A stretch of DNA of 64,000 nt from Escherichia coli (GCF_048403405.1 NZ_CP183129.1); one strand, 5' to 3'; shown: positions 1 through 11,165, counted from the first letter of the stretch. Program-made: numbers and translations. Notes: generated by a model not told the origin, from the sequence alone.

Positions 1-291
1 GGCCTGACCGTGACTCCGGGTATTGGTGTGCAGTGGAACAGCGAAAACCAGAACGAATACTATTATGGCGTATCGCGCAAAGAGTCCGCTCGCAGCGGTC
101 TGCGTGGCTATAACCCGAACGACAGCTGGAGCCCTTACCTGGAGCTGAGCGCCAGCTACAACTTCCTCGGCGACTGGAGTGTTTACGGTACCGCGCGCTA
201 CACCCGTCTGTCTGATGAAGTTACTGACAGCCCGATGGTGGATAAATCCTGGACTGGCCTGATTTCTACCGGGATCACCTACAAATTCTGA
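1..291 (+). CDS. mipA: MltA-interacting outer-membrane protein MipA, C-terminal fragment (5' end lies outside the window)
   Basis: ORF in frame with window start; beta-barrel-like C-terminus ending in aromatic residue (..ITYKF); sits next to yeaE as in E. coli. Confidence 0.7.
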   Translation, partial: GLTVTPGIGVQWNSENQNEYYYGVSRKESARSGLRGYNPNDSWSPYLELSASYNFLGDWSVYGTARYTRLSDEVTDSPMVDKSWTGLISTGITYKF

Positions 292-380
292 TAATGCATC
301 TTTCCAGGGCATTTTGTGCATAAAAACAGGGCGTCACGCCCTGTTTTGCATTACGGTGGTGCAATACCTGGGAGGAAACA

Positions 381-1235
381 ATGCAACAAAAAATGATTCA
401 ATTTAGTGGCGATGTCTCACTGCCAGCCATAGGGCAGGGAACATGGTATATGGGCGAAGATGCCAGTCAGCGCAAAACAGAAGTAGCTGCACTACGCGCG
501 GGCATTGAACTCGGTTTAACCCTCATTGATACCGCCGAAATGTATGCCGATGGTGGTGCCGAAAAGGTGGTTGGGGAAGCATTAACCGGTCTGCGAGAGA
601 AGGTCTTTCTCGTCTCTAAAGTCTATCCGTGGAATGCTGGCGGGCAAAAAGCGATAAATGCATGCGAAGCCAGTTTACGCCGTCTCAATACTGATTATCT
701 CGATCTCTACTTATTACACTGGTCTGGCAGTTTCGCTCTCGAAGAGACTGTCGCAGCGATGGACAAATTGGTCGCCCAGGGCAAAATCCGCCGCTGGGGC
801 GTTTCTAACCTTGATTATGCCGATATGCAGGAACTCTGGCAGCTGCCGGGGGGAAATCAGTGTGCCACTAATCAGGTACTTTACCATCTCGGTTCACGAG
901 GGATTGAGTACGATCTACTTCCCTGGTGCCAGCAACAGCAGATACCGGTGATGGCTTACAGTCCGTTAGCTCAGGCCGGGCGGTTGCGCAATGGGCTGCT
1001 AAAAAACGCAGTAGTCAACGAAATTGCACATGCTCACAATATCAGCTCGGCACAAGTATTGTTGGCGTGGGTAATCAGCCATCAGGGTGTGATGGCGATT
1101 CCAAAAGCGGCCACGATTGCCCATGTCCAACAGAATGCGGCTGTGCTTGAGGTCGAACTTTCTCCAGCGGAATTAGCTATGCTGGATAAAGCGTATCCGG
1201 CACCAAAAGGAAAAACTGCGCTGGATATGGTGTGA
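381..1235 (+). CDS. yeaE: aldo-keto reductase (methylglyoxal reductase-like)
   Basis: 284-aa ORF with AKR-family sequence; conserved gene order. Confidence 0.85.
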   Translation: MQQKMIQFSGDVSLPAIGQGTWYMGEDASQRKTEVAALRAGIELGLTLIDTAEMYADGGAEKVVGEALTGLREKVFLVSKVYPWNAGGQKAINACEASLRRLNTDYLDLYLLHWSGSFALEETVAAMDKLVAQGKIRRWGVSNLDYADMQELWQLPGGNQCATNQVLYHLGSRGIEYDLLPWCQQQQIPVMAYSPLAQAGRLRNGLLKNAVVNEIAHAHNISSAQVLLAWVISHQGVMAIPKAATIAHVQQNAAVLEVELSPAELAMLDKAYPAPKGKTALDMV

Positions 1236-1244
1236 TGTTGATAC

Positions 1245-1269
1245 GTGCCGGATGCATCGCACCCGGCAC
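1245..1269. repeat. REP-like palindromic unit between convergent yeaE and yeaD (GTGCCGG...CCGGCAC)
   Basis: 7-bp inverted repeat with GCCGGATG core typical of enterobacterial REP sequences. Confidence 0.5.
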
Positions 1270-1285
1270 ACAACATTAACGCAAA

Positions 1286-2170
1286 TTAACGTTTGGCAAC
1301 GCGAATGGATTGCGCCAGATGTGCAGGTTTTTCTTTGGTGACTTTTTGCGTTTCTGAAGCGTAAGCCGTTTCTACACAAACAAAGGTCTTGTAGCCATCG
1401 TCCGGCATGTCGCCCATGCTAACTGAAAGCGCCGGTCCCGGATTCCAGCCTACAACGTTCAGATGATGCTGGTGACCTACGGCGATAATACGATTCAGCG
1501 CTTCATCATTAATCACGCTGCAATCTTGCGGATTCAGATACACGCGATCGGTACGGTCAGGGAAGGTCTGAATACCGTCGGTCAGTACATCTTCTTTCGC
1601 GTCATTCACTTTATCAATGAAGCGATCGCCCAGCCCACTGACGCTTACCTTAGCGATATCACCCACGTTAAAGTAGGTATGCAGGGCAGAGGTGGTTTCA
1701 AATTCGCCGTGTGCTTCAAGATCGATTTCACAGGTTTTACCCACGCGGAAATACGCTAACAGCGTAAAGTCGTGCGGCCAGAATTTTTTCGTCTCTTCGC
1801 TTTGCGTCAATTCAAAAGTCAGCGCTACGCCATCAGCATCTTCATGATGTGATTTCAGCGTCCACGGCAGGTTGCGGGCAAAACCGTGCGCAGGCAGGCC
1901 TTGTTGTGCAGCCGGACCAAACCACGGCCAGCAAACCGGTACGCCACCGCGAATAGCGACGCCATTTTTGAACGGTGTGTTGTTACTCAACCACAGAACT
2001 TCTTCTTCACCCGCAGGTTTCCATGAGAGAAGGTGTGCGCCCTGTAATGCAAAAGAGGCTTTTACCTGGGGATGATCGACCACAATGAGGTCCAGTTCAT
2101 CCAGTTTACGACGGGAGAGGACAGGGGAGATTTGTTCGATGACCGGAAGGGCAAAAATTTTCTTAATCAT
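1286..2170 (-). CDS. yeaD: aldose 1-epimerase family protein (glucose-6-phosphate 1-epimerase)
   Basis: 294-aa product when started at internal Met MIKKIFALPV; ORF track gives 7 extra upstream codons. Confidence 0.85.
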   Translation of the reverse strand: MIKKIFALPVIEQISPVLSRRKLDELDLIVVDHPQVKASFALQGAHLLSWKPAGEEEVLWLSNNTPFKNGVAIRGGVPVCWPWFGPAAQQGLPAHGFARNLPWTLKSHHEDADGVALTFELTQSEETKKFWPHDFTLLAYFRVGKTCEIDLEAHGEFETTSALHTYFNVGDIAKVSVSGLGDRFIDKVNDAKEDVLTDGIQTFPDRTDRVYLNPQDCSVINDEALNRIIAVGHQHHLNVVGWNPGPALSVSMGDMPDDGYKTFVCVETAYASETQKVTKEKPAHLAQSIRVAKR

Positions 2171-2201
2171 GACGCAGTCCTTTAACTTCATTTTATCAGG
2201 T

Positions 2202-2232
2202 AAAAAAAAGAGCGACCGAAGTCGCTCTTTTT
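2202..2232 (-). terminator. rho-independent terminator downstream of gapA (hairpin GAGCGAC-CGAA-GTCGCTC flanked by A and T runs, so potentially bidirectional)
   Basis: perfect 7-bp stem at 2210-2228 with A8 upstream and T5 downstream on the plus strand. Confidence 0.7.
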
Positions 2233-2253
2233 AGATCACAGTGTCATCTCAAC

Positions 2254-3261
<1,008 letters not shown>

Positions 3262-3590
3262 CTATTTGTTAGTGAATAAAAGGTTGCCTGTAAAATTACA
3301 AAAACCTTACGCAGCGTCAAGCGGAATCGTGTCAATCATTGCGACAAATCAATCCTGTGCCTAAGCATTACGCGACTGACTCGCCTCACTCTTCCTTTGG
3401 GCTTGAGACCACATGGGGTCGGCGTCCCGAATTTTAAAGGGCAATTACGATAAAAATGTGATTTTCATCACGATTTAGGTGCAGCCATTTCGTCGAGATC
3501 AAGTTTAGGACAAATTTTTGCCAGTTGGTGTTAATGTTTTGTTAGAATCAGTCACGTAATGTGAGCACGATTAAAGTGAGATGTGAGCAA

Positions 3591-4004
3591 ATGGCTAATA
3601 AACCTTCGGCAGAAGAACTGAAAAAAAATTTGTCCGAGATGAAGTTCTACGTGACGCAGAATCATGGGACAGAGCCGCCATTTACGGGTCGTTTACTGCA
3701 TAACAAGCGTGACGGCGTATATCACTGTTTGATCTGCGATGCCCCGCTGTTTCATTCCCAAACCAAGTATGATTCCGGCTGTGGCTGGCCCAGTTTCTAC
3801 GAACCGGTGAGTGAAGAATCCATTCGTTATATCAAAGACTTGTCACATGGAATGCAGCGCATAGAAATTCGTTGCGGTAACTGTGATGCCCATCTGGGGC
3901 ATGTCTTCCCCGACGGGCCGCAGCCAACGGGTGAACGTTATTGTGTTAACTCAGCCTCTTTACGCTTTACCGATGGCGAAAACGGCGAAGAAATCAACGG
4001 TTGA
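3591..4004 (+). CDS. msrB: peptide methionine-(R)-sulfoxide reductase MsrB
   Basis: 137-aa product from internal Met [10 protein letters not shown]; two CxxC zinc motifs ([16 protein letters not shown]) and catalytic RYCVNSA. Confidence 0.9.
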   Translation: MANKPSAEELKKNLSEMKFYVTQNHGTEPPFTGRLLHNKRDGVYHCLICDAPLFHSQTKYDSGCGWPSFYEPVSEESIRYIKDLSHGMQRIEIRCGNCDAHLGHVFPDGPQPTGERYCVNSASLRFTDGENGEEING

Positions 4005-4045
4005 AAAAACGATTCAGCAACTTATTCCACAGGAGCGGAAAAATT

Positions 4046-4318
4046 ATGAATCTTGATGACATTATCAACAGCATGACGCTTGAGGTATACCAGCGTTTGT
4101 CGACCGCCGTTGAATTGGGCAAATGGCCTGATGGCGTTGCGTTGACCGAGGAACAAAAAGAGAACTGCCTGCAACTGGTGATGCTGTGGCAAGCCCGCAA
4201 TAATACCGAAGCACAGCATATGACAATTGACACAAATGGTCAGATGGTCATGAAGAGCAAACAACAGTTAAAAGAAGATTTTGGTATCTCAGCAAAGGCT
4301 ATTGCCATGTTTAAGTAA
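4046..4318 (+). CDS. yeaC: DUF1315 family protein YeaC
   Basis: 90-aa product starting MNLDDIINS, preceded by AGGAG Shine-Dalgarno at 4031-4035. Confidence 0.8.
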   Translation: MNLDDIINSMTLEVYQRLSTAVELGKWPDGVALTEEQKENCLQLVMLWQARNNTEAQHMTIDTNGQMVMKSKQQLKEDFGISAKAIAMFK

Positions 4319-4576
4319 GTGGTTTGTCCCCTTTTTGCCGCGGTTATAAAGGGGATAGCCAACAATAACCCCACGACTCATCTCAATTATCTCGTCACGA
4401 CCAGGCTAAGTCCCAGCCCGGTCTCTTGCAGTCGCGTTCACGCCTGAATGACTTCTCCTGAACTTAAGTCTCAGACCTATTTGGCCGGTAATCCCTCTCA
4501 AATTTGCTCATTTTGCGTTCCGCCTTCCATCAACCTGTAACAGATCCAGCCATTTTCTGCGTAATTGTGATCTGAG

Positions 4577-4610
4577 TTGTAAAACGCAGATCATTATCTG
4601 TGTTTTACAG
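4577..4610. promoter_or_regulatory. 34-bp imperfect palindrome (TGTAAAAC-N16-GTTTTACA with nested CAGAT-CATT-ATCTG) upstream of ydjL; candidate operator
   Basis: 8-bp perfect inverted repeat at 4578-4585 and 4602-4609 plus inner palindrome 4587-4600, about 80 bp upstream of the ydjL start. Confidence 0.4.
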
Positions 4611-4618
4611 ATTTAATG

Positions 4619-4649
4619 TTGACCTCAAAAATCATGTGGGTAAGTATGA
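4619..4649 (+). promoter_or_regulatory. putative sigma70 promoter of the ydjL operon (-35 TTGACC, -10-like TAAGTAT/TATGAT)
   Basis: consensus-like TTGACC at 4619-4624 followed 16-19 bp later by A/T-rich -10 candidates. Confidence 0.3.
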
Positions 4650-4687
4650 TGACCATCTAAGCAAAACAAAACACAGAGGATGACGCA

Positions 4688-5764
4688 ATGAAAGCACTGG
4701 CTCGGTTTGGCAAAGCCTTTGGCGGCTACAAGATGATCGATGTCCCACAACCCATTTGTGGCCCGGAAGATGTAGTGATTGAAATTAAAGCCGCGGCAAT
4801 CTGCGGCGCAGACATGAAGCACTACAATGTCGATAGCGGTTCTGATGAGTTTAACTCTATCCGCGGCCATGAGTTCGCAGGTTGTATTGCGCAGGTTGGT
4901 GAAAAAGTCAAAGACTGGAAAGTGGGGCAACGCGTCGTGTCGGATAACAGCGGTCACGTCTGCGGCGTTTGTCCGGCCTGTGAACAAGGTGATTTTCTGT
5001 GTTGTACAGAAAAAGTAAACCTTGGTCTGGATAACAATACCTGGGGCGGTGGTTTTTCCAAATATTGTCTGGTTCCTGGTGAAATTCTCAAAATTCATCG
5101 TCATGCATTGTGGGAAATCCCTGATGGTGTTGATTATGAGGACGCAGCCATACTTGACCCTATCTGTAATGCCTATAAATCCATCGCGCAGCAATCGAAA
5201 TTCCTCCCTGGTCAGGATGTGGTCGTCATCGGCACTGGCCCACTCGGGCTGTTCTCCGTACAAATGGCGCGGATTATGGGGGCGGTAAATATCGTCGTCG
5301 TTGGTCTACAAGAAGATGTGGCGGTCCGCTTCCCGGTTGCAAAAGAACTGGGTGCGACGGCAGTAGTAAATGGTTCTACCGAAGATGTGGTGGCGCGCTG
5401 CCAGCAAATTTGTGGCAAAGACAATCTGGGACTGGTGATTGAATGCTCCGGTGCCAATATCGCACTGAAACAAGCCATCGAAATGCTCCGTCCGAACGGG
5501 GAAGTGGTACGCGTTGGAATGGGCTTCAAACCTCTTGATTTCTCGATTAATGACATTACCGCCTGGAACAAAAGCATCATTGGGCATATGGCCTATGACT
5601 CCACCTCATGGCGTAACGCTCTCCGGCTATTAGCCAGCGGCGCTATCAAAGTCAAACCGATGATCACGCATCGTATCGGCCTGTCGCAATGGCGCGAAGG
5701 GTTTGATGCGATGGTCGATAAAACCGCAATCAAAGTGATCATGACTTACGACTTTGATGAATAA
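4688..5764 (+). CDS. ydjL: zinc-dependent alcohol/polyol dehydrogenase (MDR family)
   Basis: 358 aa; GHEFAG and Cys-rich structural zinc motif CGVCPACEQGDFLCC; first gene of compact ydj cluster. Confidence 0.85.
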   Translation: MKALARFGKAFGGYKMIDVPQPICGPEDVVIEIKAAAICGADMKHYNVDSGSDEFNSIRGHEFAGCIAQVGEKVKDWKVGQRVVSDNSGHVCGVCPACEQGDFLCCTEKVNLGLDNNTWGGGFSKYCLVPGEILKIHRHALWEIPDGVDYEDAAILDPICNAYKSIAQQSKFLPGQDVVVIGTGPLGLFSVQMARIMGAVNIVVVGLQEDVAVRFPVAKELGATAVVNGSTEDVVARCQQICGKDNLGLVIECSGANIALKQAIEMLRPNGEVVRVGMGFKPLDFSINDITAWNKSIIGHMAYDSTSWRNALRLLASGAIKVKPMITHRIGLSQWREGFDAMVDKTAIKVIMTYDFDE

Positions 5765-5790
5765 CTACTCTCCTGAAGGAACGTTATCGC

Positions 5791-7170
5791 ATGGAACAGA
5801 TAACAAAACCGCATTGTGGTGCACGGCTGGATCGCTTACCGGATTGCCGCTGGCATTCGTCAATGTTTGCCATCGTCTCGTTTGGCTTGCTTGTCTGCTG
5901 GAGTAATGCCGTTGGTGGCTTGATCCTCGCGCAGCTGAAAGAGTTGGGCTGGACAGATAATTCCACCACTGCCACATTCTCAGCAATCACGACCGCCGGA
6001 ATGTTTCTCGGTGCGCTGGTTGGCGGCATCATCGGTGACAAAACCGGTCGCAGAAATGCGTTCATCCTCTATGAGGCCATTCATATTGCCTCGATGGTGG
6101 TCGGTGCTTTTTCACCGAATATGGATTTCCTTATTGCCTGCCGTTTTGTGATGGGCGTTGGGCTGGGAGCTTTACTGGTGACGCTGTTTGCTGGTTTCAC
6201 CGAATATATGCCCGGTAGAAATCGCGGAACGTGGTCCAGTCGGGTTTCTTTTATTGGCAACTGGTCATATCCGCTCTGTTCATTGATTGCGATGGGACTC
6301 ACGCCGCTGATTAGTGCAGAGTGGAACTGGCGAGTACAACTGCTTATCCCTGCAATATTGTCGCTTATCGCTACGGCGCTGGCCTGGCGCTACTTTCCTG
6401 AATCCCCGCGCTGGCTGGAATCGCGCGGACGGTATCAGGAAGCCGAGAAAGTCATGCGGAGTATAGAAGAAGGCGTCATACGCCAGACGGGAAAACCTTT
6501 GCCGCCCGTGGTTATTGCTGATGACGGTAAAGCGCCACAAGCGGTGCCGTATTCAGCCTTAATGACAGGAGTATTACTGAAACGCGTGATATTAGGCTCT
6601 TGTGTGCTGATTGCCATGAACGTTGTGCAGTACACACTAATTAACTGGTTGCCAACAATATTCATGACCCAGGGGATTAATTTAAAAGACTCGATTGTTT
6701 TAAATACCATGAGTATGTTTGGCGCGCCATTTGGTATTTTTATTGCTATGCTGGTGATGGATAAAATTCCGCGTAAAACAATGGGTGTGGGGCTATTAAT
6801 CCTGATTGCGGTGCTCGGATATATCTATTCACTGCAAACCAGTATGTTGCTCATAACGTTGATTGGTTTCTTCCTGATTACTTTCGTCTATATGTACGTT
6901 TGCTATGCCTCGGCAGTGTATGTCCCTGAGATCTGGCCGACAGAGGCCAAATTACGTGGCTCCGGTCTGGCGAATGCAGTAGGGCGAATCAGTGGTATTG
7001 CCGCACCTTATGCCGTTGCAGTGCTGCTCAGTAGTTATGGCGTAACGGGAGTCTTTATTCTTCTGGGGGCGGTTTCAATTATTGTCGCAATTGCTATCGC
7101 CACCATTGGAATTGAAACCAAAGGTGTCTCCGTTGAAAGTTTAAGTATTGATGCAGTAGTCAATAAATAA
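5791..7170 (+). CDS. ydjK: MFS transporter (sugar/metabolite:H+ symporter type)
   Basis: 459 aa, about 12 predicted TM segments, MFS motif GDKTGRR; paralogous to YdjE in the same cluster. Confidence 0.85.
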   Translation: MEQITKPHCGARLDRLPDCRWHSSMFAIVSFGLLVCWSNAVGGLILAQLKELGWTDNSTTATFSAITTAGMFLGALVGGIIGDKTGRRNAFILYEAIHIASMVVGAFSPNMDFLIACRFVMGVGLGALLVTLFAGFTEYMPGRNRGTWSSRVSFIGNWSYPLCSLIAMGLTPLISAEWNWRVQLLIPAILSLIATALAWRYFPESPRWLESRGRYQEAEKVMRSIEEGVIRQTGKPLPPVVIADDGKAPQAVPYSALMTGVLLKRVILGSCVLIAMNVVQYTLINWLPTIFMTQGINLKDSIVLNTMSMFGAPFGIFIAMLVMDKIPRKTMGVGLLILIAVLGYIYSLQTSMLLITLIGFFLITFVYMYVCYASAVYVPEIWPTEAKLRGSGLANAVGRISGIAAPYAVAVLLSSYGVTGVFILLGAVSIIVAIAIATIGIETKGVSVESLSIDAVVNK

Positions 7171-7186
7171 TACTGGTGGATTCAAA

Positions 7187-8230
7187 ATGAAAAATTCAAA
7201 AGCAATATTGCAGGTGCCGGGCACAATGAAAATTATTTCAGCAGAAATACCTGTGCCTAAAGAAGATGAAGTTTTGATTAAAGTGGAATATGTCGGTATT
7301 TGTGGTTCAGATGTACATGGTTTTGAATCAGGCCCGTTTATTCCGCCTAAAGACCCAAATCAAGAAATTGGCTTGGGTCATGAATGCGCCGGGACGGTTG
7401 TGGCTGTGGGAAGCCGTGTGCGCAAATTTAAAGCGGGGGATCGGGTAAATATCGAACCTGGCGTTCCTTGCGGTCACTGTCGTTACTGTCTGGAAGGCAA
7501 ATATAACATCTGCCCGGACGTTGATTTTATGGCGACACAACCTAACTACCGCGGCGCATTAACGCACTATCTGTGTCATCCGGAGAGCTTTACTTACAAA
7601 CTGCCCGACAATATGGACATGATGGAAGGGGCGCTGGTGGAGCCTGCTGCAGTCGGGATGCATGCCGCGATGCTGGCAGATGTTAAACCGGGTAAGAAGA
7701 TAATTATTCTGGGAGCGGGTTGTATTGGTTTGATGACGTTGCAAGCGTGCAAATGCCTGGGAGCTACGGATATTGCCGTCGTTGATGTACTGGATAAACG
7801 TCTGACAATGGCGGAACAGCTCGGCGCGACAGTGGTTATTAACGGTGCAAAAGAAGACACTATTGCACGCTGTCAGCAATTTACCGAAGAAATGGGCGCA
7901 GATATTGTTTTCGAAACAGCGGGTTCTGCGGTCACCGTTAAACAGGCACCTTATCTGGTAATGCGCGGCGGTAAAATTATGATTGTTGGTACTGTACCGG
8001 GCGATTCGGCAATCAATTTCCTCAAAATCAATCGCGAAGTCACTATTCAGACAGTATTCCGCTATGCCAATCGTTATCCGGTCACGATTGAAGCTATTTC
8101 CTCAGGGCGATTCGATGTGAAATCGATGGTGACACATATTTACGATTATCAGGATGTACAACAGGCATTTGAAGAGTCGGTTAACAACAAACGCGACATT
8201 ATTAAAGGCGTTATTAAAATTAGCGATTAA
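7187..8230 (+). CDS. ydjJ: zinc-dependent alcohol/polyol dehydrogenase (MDR family)
   Basis: 347 aa; GHECAG and CGHCRYC zinc motifs; paralogue of YdjL. Confidence 0.85.
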   Translation: MKNSKAILQVPGTMKIISAEIPVPKEDEVLIKVEYVGICGSDVHGFESGPFIPPKDPNQEIGLGHECAGTVVAVGSRVRKFKAGDRVNIEPGVPCGHCRYCLEGKYNICPDVDFMATQPNYRGALTHYLCHPESFTYKLPDNMDMMEGALVEPAAVGMHAAMLADVKPGKKIIILGAGCIGLMTLQACKCLGATDIAVVDVLDKRLTMAEQLGATVVINGAKEDTIARCQQFTEEMGADIVFETAGSAVTVKQAPYLVMRGGKIMIVGTVPGDSAINFLKINREVTIQTVFRYANRYPVTIEAISSGRFDVKSMVTHIYDYQDVQQAFEESVNNKRDIIKGVIKISD

Positions 8231-8250
8231 TTAATACGGGAGAACAGAAT

Positions 8251-9087
8251 ATGCTCGCAGATATCAGATATTGGGAAAACGATGCCACAAATAAACATTA
8301 TGCAATTGCCCATTTTAACGTATGGAATGCAGAAATGTTGATGGGCGTTATCGACGCAGCCGAAGAAGCGAAATCACCGGTTATTATTTCTTTTGGTACA
8401 GGTTTTGTCGGGAACACCTCATTTGAAGATTTCTCTCACATGATGGTATCAATGGCAAAAAAAGCAACGGTGCCGGTAATAACTCATTGGGATCATGGTC
8501 GGAGTATGGAAATTATTCATAACGCCTGGACTCATGGTATGAATTCATTAATGCGTGATGCTTCCGCATTTGATTTCGAAGAAAATATTCGTTTAACCAA
8601 AGAGGCTGTTGATTTCTTCCATCCGCTGGGTATTCCGGTAGAGGCAGAATTAGGGCATGTCGGTAATGAAACCGTTTATGAAGAAGCGCTGGCGGGCTAT
8701 CACTATACCGATCCTGACCAGGCGGCTGAATTTGTTGAACGTACGGGCTGTGACTCATTGGCTGTCGCCATCGGCAACCAACATGGGGTTTATACGTCAG
8801 AGCCACAATTGAATTTTGAGGTCGTCAAACGCGTACGCGATGCCGTTTCTGTTCCGCTGGTTTTGCACGGCGCATCGGGGATCAGTGATACCGACATTAA
8901 AACTGCAATTTCGTTGGGTATCGCGAAAATCAACATTCATACGGAGCTCTGTCAGGCCGCAATGGTAGCAGTGAAAGAAAACCAGGATCAGCCTTTCCTG
9001 CATTTAGAACGTGAAGTACGTAAAGCTGTAAAAGAACGGGCATTGGAAAAAATTAAACTGTTCGGTTCTGATGGCAAAGCGGAATAA
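8251..9087 (+). CDS. ydjI: class II (metal-dependent) ketose-bisphosphate aldolase family protein
   Basis: 278 aa TIM-barrel aldolase-like sequence with HWDHG motif. Confidence 0.8.
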   Translation: MLADIRYWENDATNKHYAIAHFNVWNAEMLMGVIDAAEEAKSPVIISFGTGFVGNTSFEDFSHMMVSMAKKATVPVITHWDHGRSMEIIHNAWTHGMNSLMRDASAFDFEENIRLTKEAVDFFHPLGIPVEAELGHVGNETVYEEALAGYHYTDPDQAAEFVERTGCDSLAVAIGNQHGVYTSEPQLNFEVVKRVRDAVSVPLVLHGASGISDTDIKTAISLGIAKINIHTELCQAAMVAVKENQDQPFLHLEREVRKAVKERALEKIKLFGSDGKAE

Positions 9088-9091
9088 TGAT

Positions 9092-10039
9092 ATGGATAAT
9101 CTCGACGTTATTTGTATAGGTGCCGCTATTGTTGATATTCCATTGCAACCGGTCAGTAAAAATATCTTTGATGTGGATTCTTATCCTCTTGAAAGAATCG
9201 CAATGACCACCGGGGGTGATGCAATAAATGAAGCAACAATTATTTCTCGTCTGGGCCATCGCACAGCATTAATGAGTCGTATTGGTAAAGATGCCGCCGG
9301 GCAATTTATTCTCGACCATTGCCGCAAAGAGAATATTGATATTCAAAGCCTGAAGCAGGACGTCAGCATAGATACCTCAATTAACGTTGGACTGGTGACG
9401 GAGGATGGCGAGCGGACGTTTGTCACAAACTGTAACGGCAGTCTGTGGAAATTGAATATTGACGATGTTGATTTTTCGCGGTTTTCTCAGGCGAAATTAT
9501 TATCTCTGGCCAGTATTTTCAACAGTCCTCTATTGGATGGTAAAGCGCTAACAGAAATTTTTACGCAAGCTAAAGCCCGGCAGATGATTATCTGTGCCGA
9601 TATGATCAAACCGCGGTTGAATGAAACGCTGGATGATATTTGCGAAGCATTGAGTTATGTCGATTATCTGTTTCCTAATTATGCCGAGGCAAAATTACTC
9701 ACCGGGAAAGAGACACTGGAGGAAATTGCTGACTGCTTTCTTGCGTGCGGCGTAAAAACGGTGGTGATTAAAACGGGTAAAGACGGCTGCTTTATCAAGC
9801 GTGGTGACATGACGATGAAGGTGCCGGCGGTCGCAGGAATAACCGCCATCGACACCATTGGCGCGGGCGATAACTTTGCTTCAGGTTTTATTGCGGCACT
9901 GTTAGAAGGCAAAAATCTGCGTGAATGCGCACGCTTTGCCAATGCAACGGCGGCTATCTCGGTTCTAAGCGTCGGTGCCTCCACCGGCGTAAAAAACAGA
10001 AAGCTGGTCGAACAATTGCTGGAAGAATACGAAGGATAA
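9092..10039 (+). CDS. ydjH: sugar kinase of the ribokinase/PfkB family
   Basis: 315 aa from Met MDNLDVICIG; PfkB signature GAGDNFASGF; ORF track start 9071 would overlap ydjI. Confidence 0.8.
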   Translation: MDNLDVICIGAAIVDIPLQPVSKNIFDVDSYPLERIAMTTGGDAINEATIISRLGHRTALMSRIGKDAAGQFILDHCRKENIDIQSLKQDVSIDTSINVGLVTEDGERTFVTNCNGSLWKLNIDDVDFSRFSQAKLLSLASIFNSPLLDGKALTEIFTQAKARQMIICADMIKPRLNETLDDICEALSYVDYLFPNYAEAKLLTGKETLEEIADCFLACGVKTVVIKTGKDGCFIKRGDMTMKVPAVAGITAIDTIGAGDNFASGFIAALLEGKNLRECARFANATAAISVLSVGASTGVKNRKLVEQLLEEYEG

Positions 10040-10048
10040 TGAAGGCAA

Positions 10049-11029
10049 ATGAAAAAGATACCTTTAGGCACAACGGATATTACGCTTTCGCGAATGGGGT
10101 TGGGGACATGGGCCATTGGCGGCGGTCCTGCATGGAATGGCGATCTCGATCGACAAATATGTATTGATACGATTCTTGAAGCCCATCGTTGCGGCATTAA
10201 CCTGATTGATACTGCGCCAGGATATAACTTTGGCAATAGTGAAGTTATCGTCGGTCAGGCGTTAAAAAAACTGCCCCGTGAACAGGTTGTAGTAGAAACC
10301 AAATGCGGCATTGTCTGGGAACGAAAAGGGAGTTTATTCAACAAAGTTGGCGATCGGCAGTTGTATAAAAACCTTTCCCCGGAATCTATCCGCAAAGAGG
10401 TAGAAGCCAGCTTGCAACGTCTGGGTATTGATTACATCGATATCTACATGACGCACTGGCAGTCGGTGCCGCCATTTTTTACGCCGATCGCTGAAACTGT
10501 CGCAGTGCTCAATGAGTTAAAGGACGAAGGGAAAATTCGCGCTATAGGCGCTGCTAACGTCGATGCTGACCATATCCGCGAGTATCTGCAATATGGTGAA
10601 CTGGATATTATTCAGGCGAAATACAGTATCCTCGACCGGGCAATGGAAAGCGAACTGCTGCCGCTATGTCGTGATAATGGCATTGTGGTACAGGTTTATT
10701 CGCCGTTAGAGCAGGGATTGTTGACCGGTACCATCACTCGTGATTACGTTCCGGGCGGCGCTCGGGCAAATAAAGTCTGGTTCCAGCGTGAAAACATGCT
10801 GAAAGTGATTGATATGCTTGAACAGTGGCAGCCACTCTGTGCTCGTTATCAGTGCACAATTCCCACTCTGGCACTGGCGTGGATATTAAAACAGAGTGAT
10901 TTAATCTCCATTCTTAGTGGGGCTACTGCACCGGAACAGGTACGCGAAAATGTCGCGGCATTGAATATCAACTTATCGGATGCAGACGCAACATTGATGA
11001 GGGAAATGGCAGAGGCCCTGGAGCGTTAA
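10049..11029 (+). CDS. ydjG: aldo-keto reductase (NADH-dependent methylglyoxal reductase type)
   Basis: 326 aa AKR-family ORF, 9 bp after ydjH. Confidence 0.85.
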   Translation: MKKIPLGTTDITLSRMGLGTWAIGGGPAWNGDLDRQICIDTILEAHRCGINLIDTAPGYNFGNSEVIVGQALKKLPREQVVVETKCGIVWERKGSLFNKVGDRQLYKNLSPESIRKEVEASLQRLGIDYIDIYMTHWQSVPPFFTPIAETVAVLNELKDEGKIRAIGAANVDADHIREYLQYGELDIIQAKYSILDRAMESELLPLCRDNGIVVQVYSPLEQGLLTGTITRDYVPGGARANKVWFQRENMLKVIDMLEQWQPLCARYQCTIPTLALAWILKQSDLISILSGATAPEQVRENVAALNINLSDADATLMREMAEALER

Positions 11030-11165
11030 ATACTCAACACGATTCACCTCTGTTTCTGTGAAAACTGTGATGAAAATCTGTGATTCAAACAGGTTATTTT
11101 GAAAGTAAACATCGGTTATGCGATAATCGCGCTAATGTGATGTAAAAAGATACAGGGGTGTAATC

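Noticed and set aside
4625-5263. 212-aa minus-strand ORF overlapping the ydjL 5' region
   Set aside because: Antisense shadow of ydjL; would also cover the putative ydjL promoter; no SD or domain signature.
9071-9091. Upstream ATG giving a 322-aa YdjH overlapping ydjI
   Set aside because: The ATG at 9092 follows the ydjI stop by 4 nt and yields the expected kinase N-terminus; the longer form would overlap ydjI by 17 nt.
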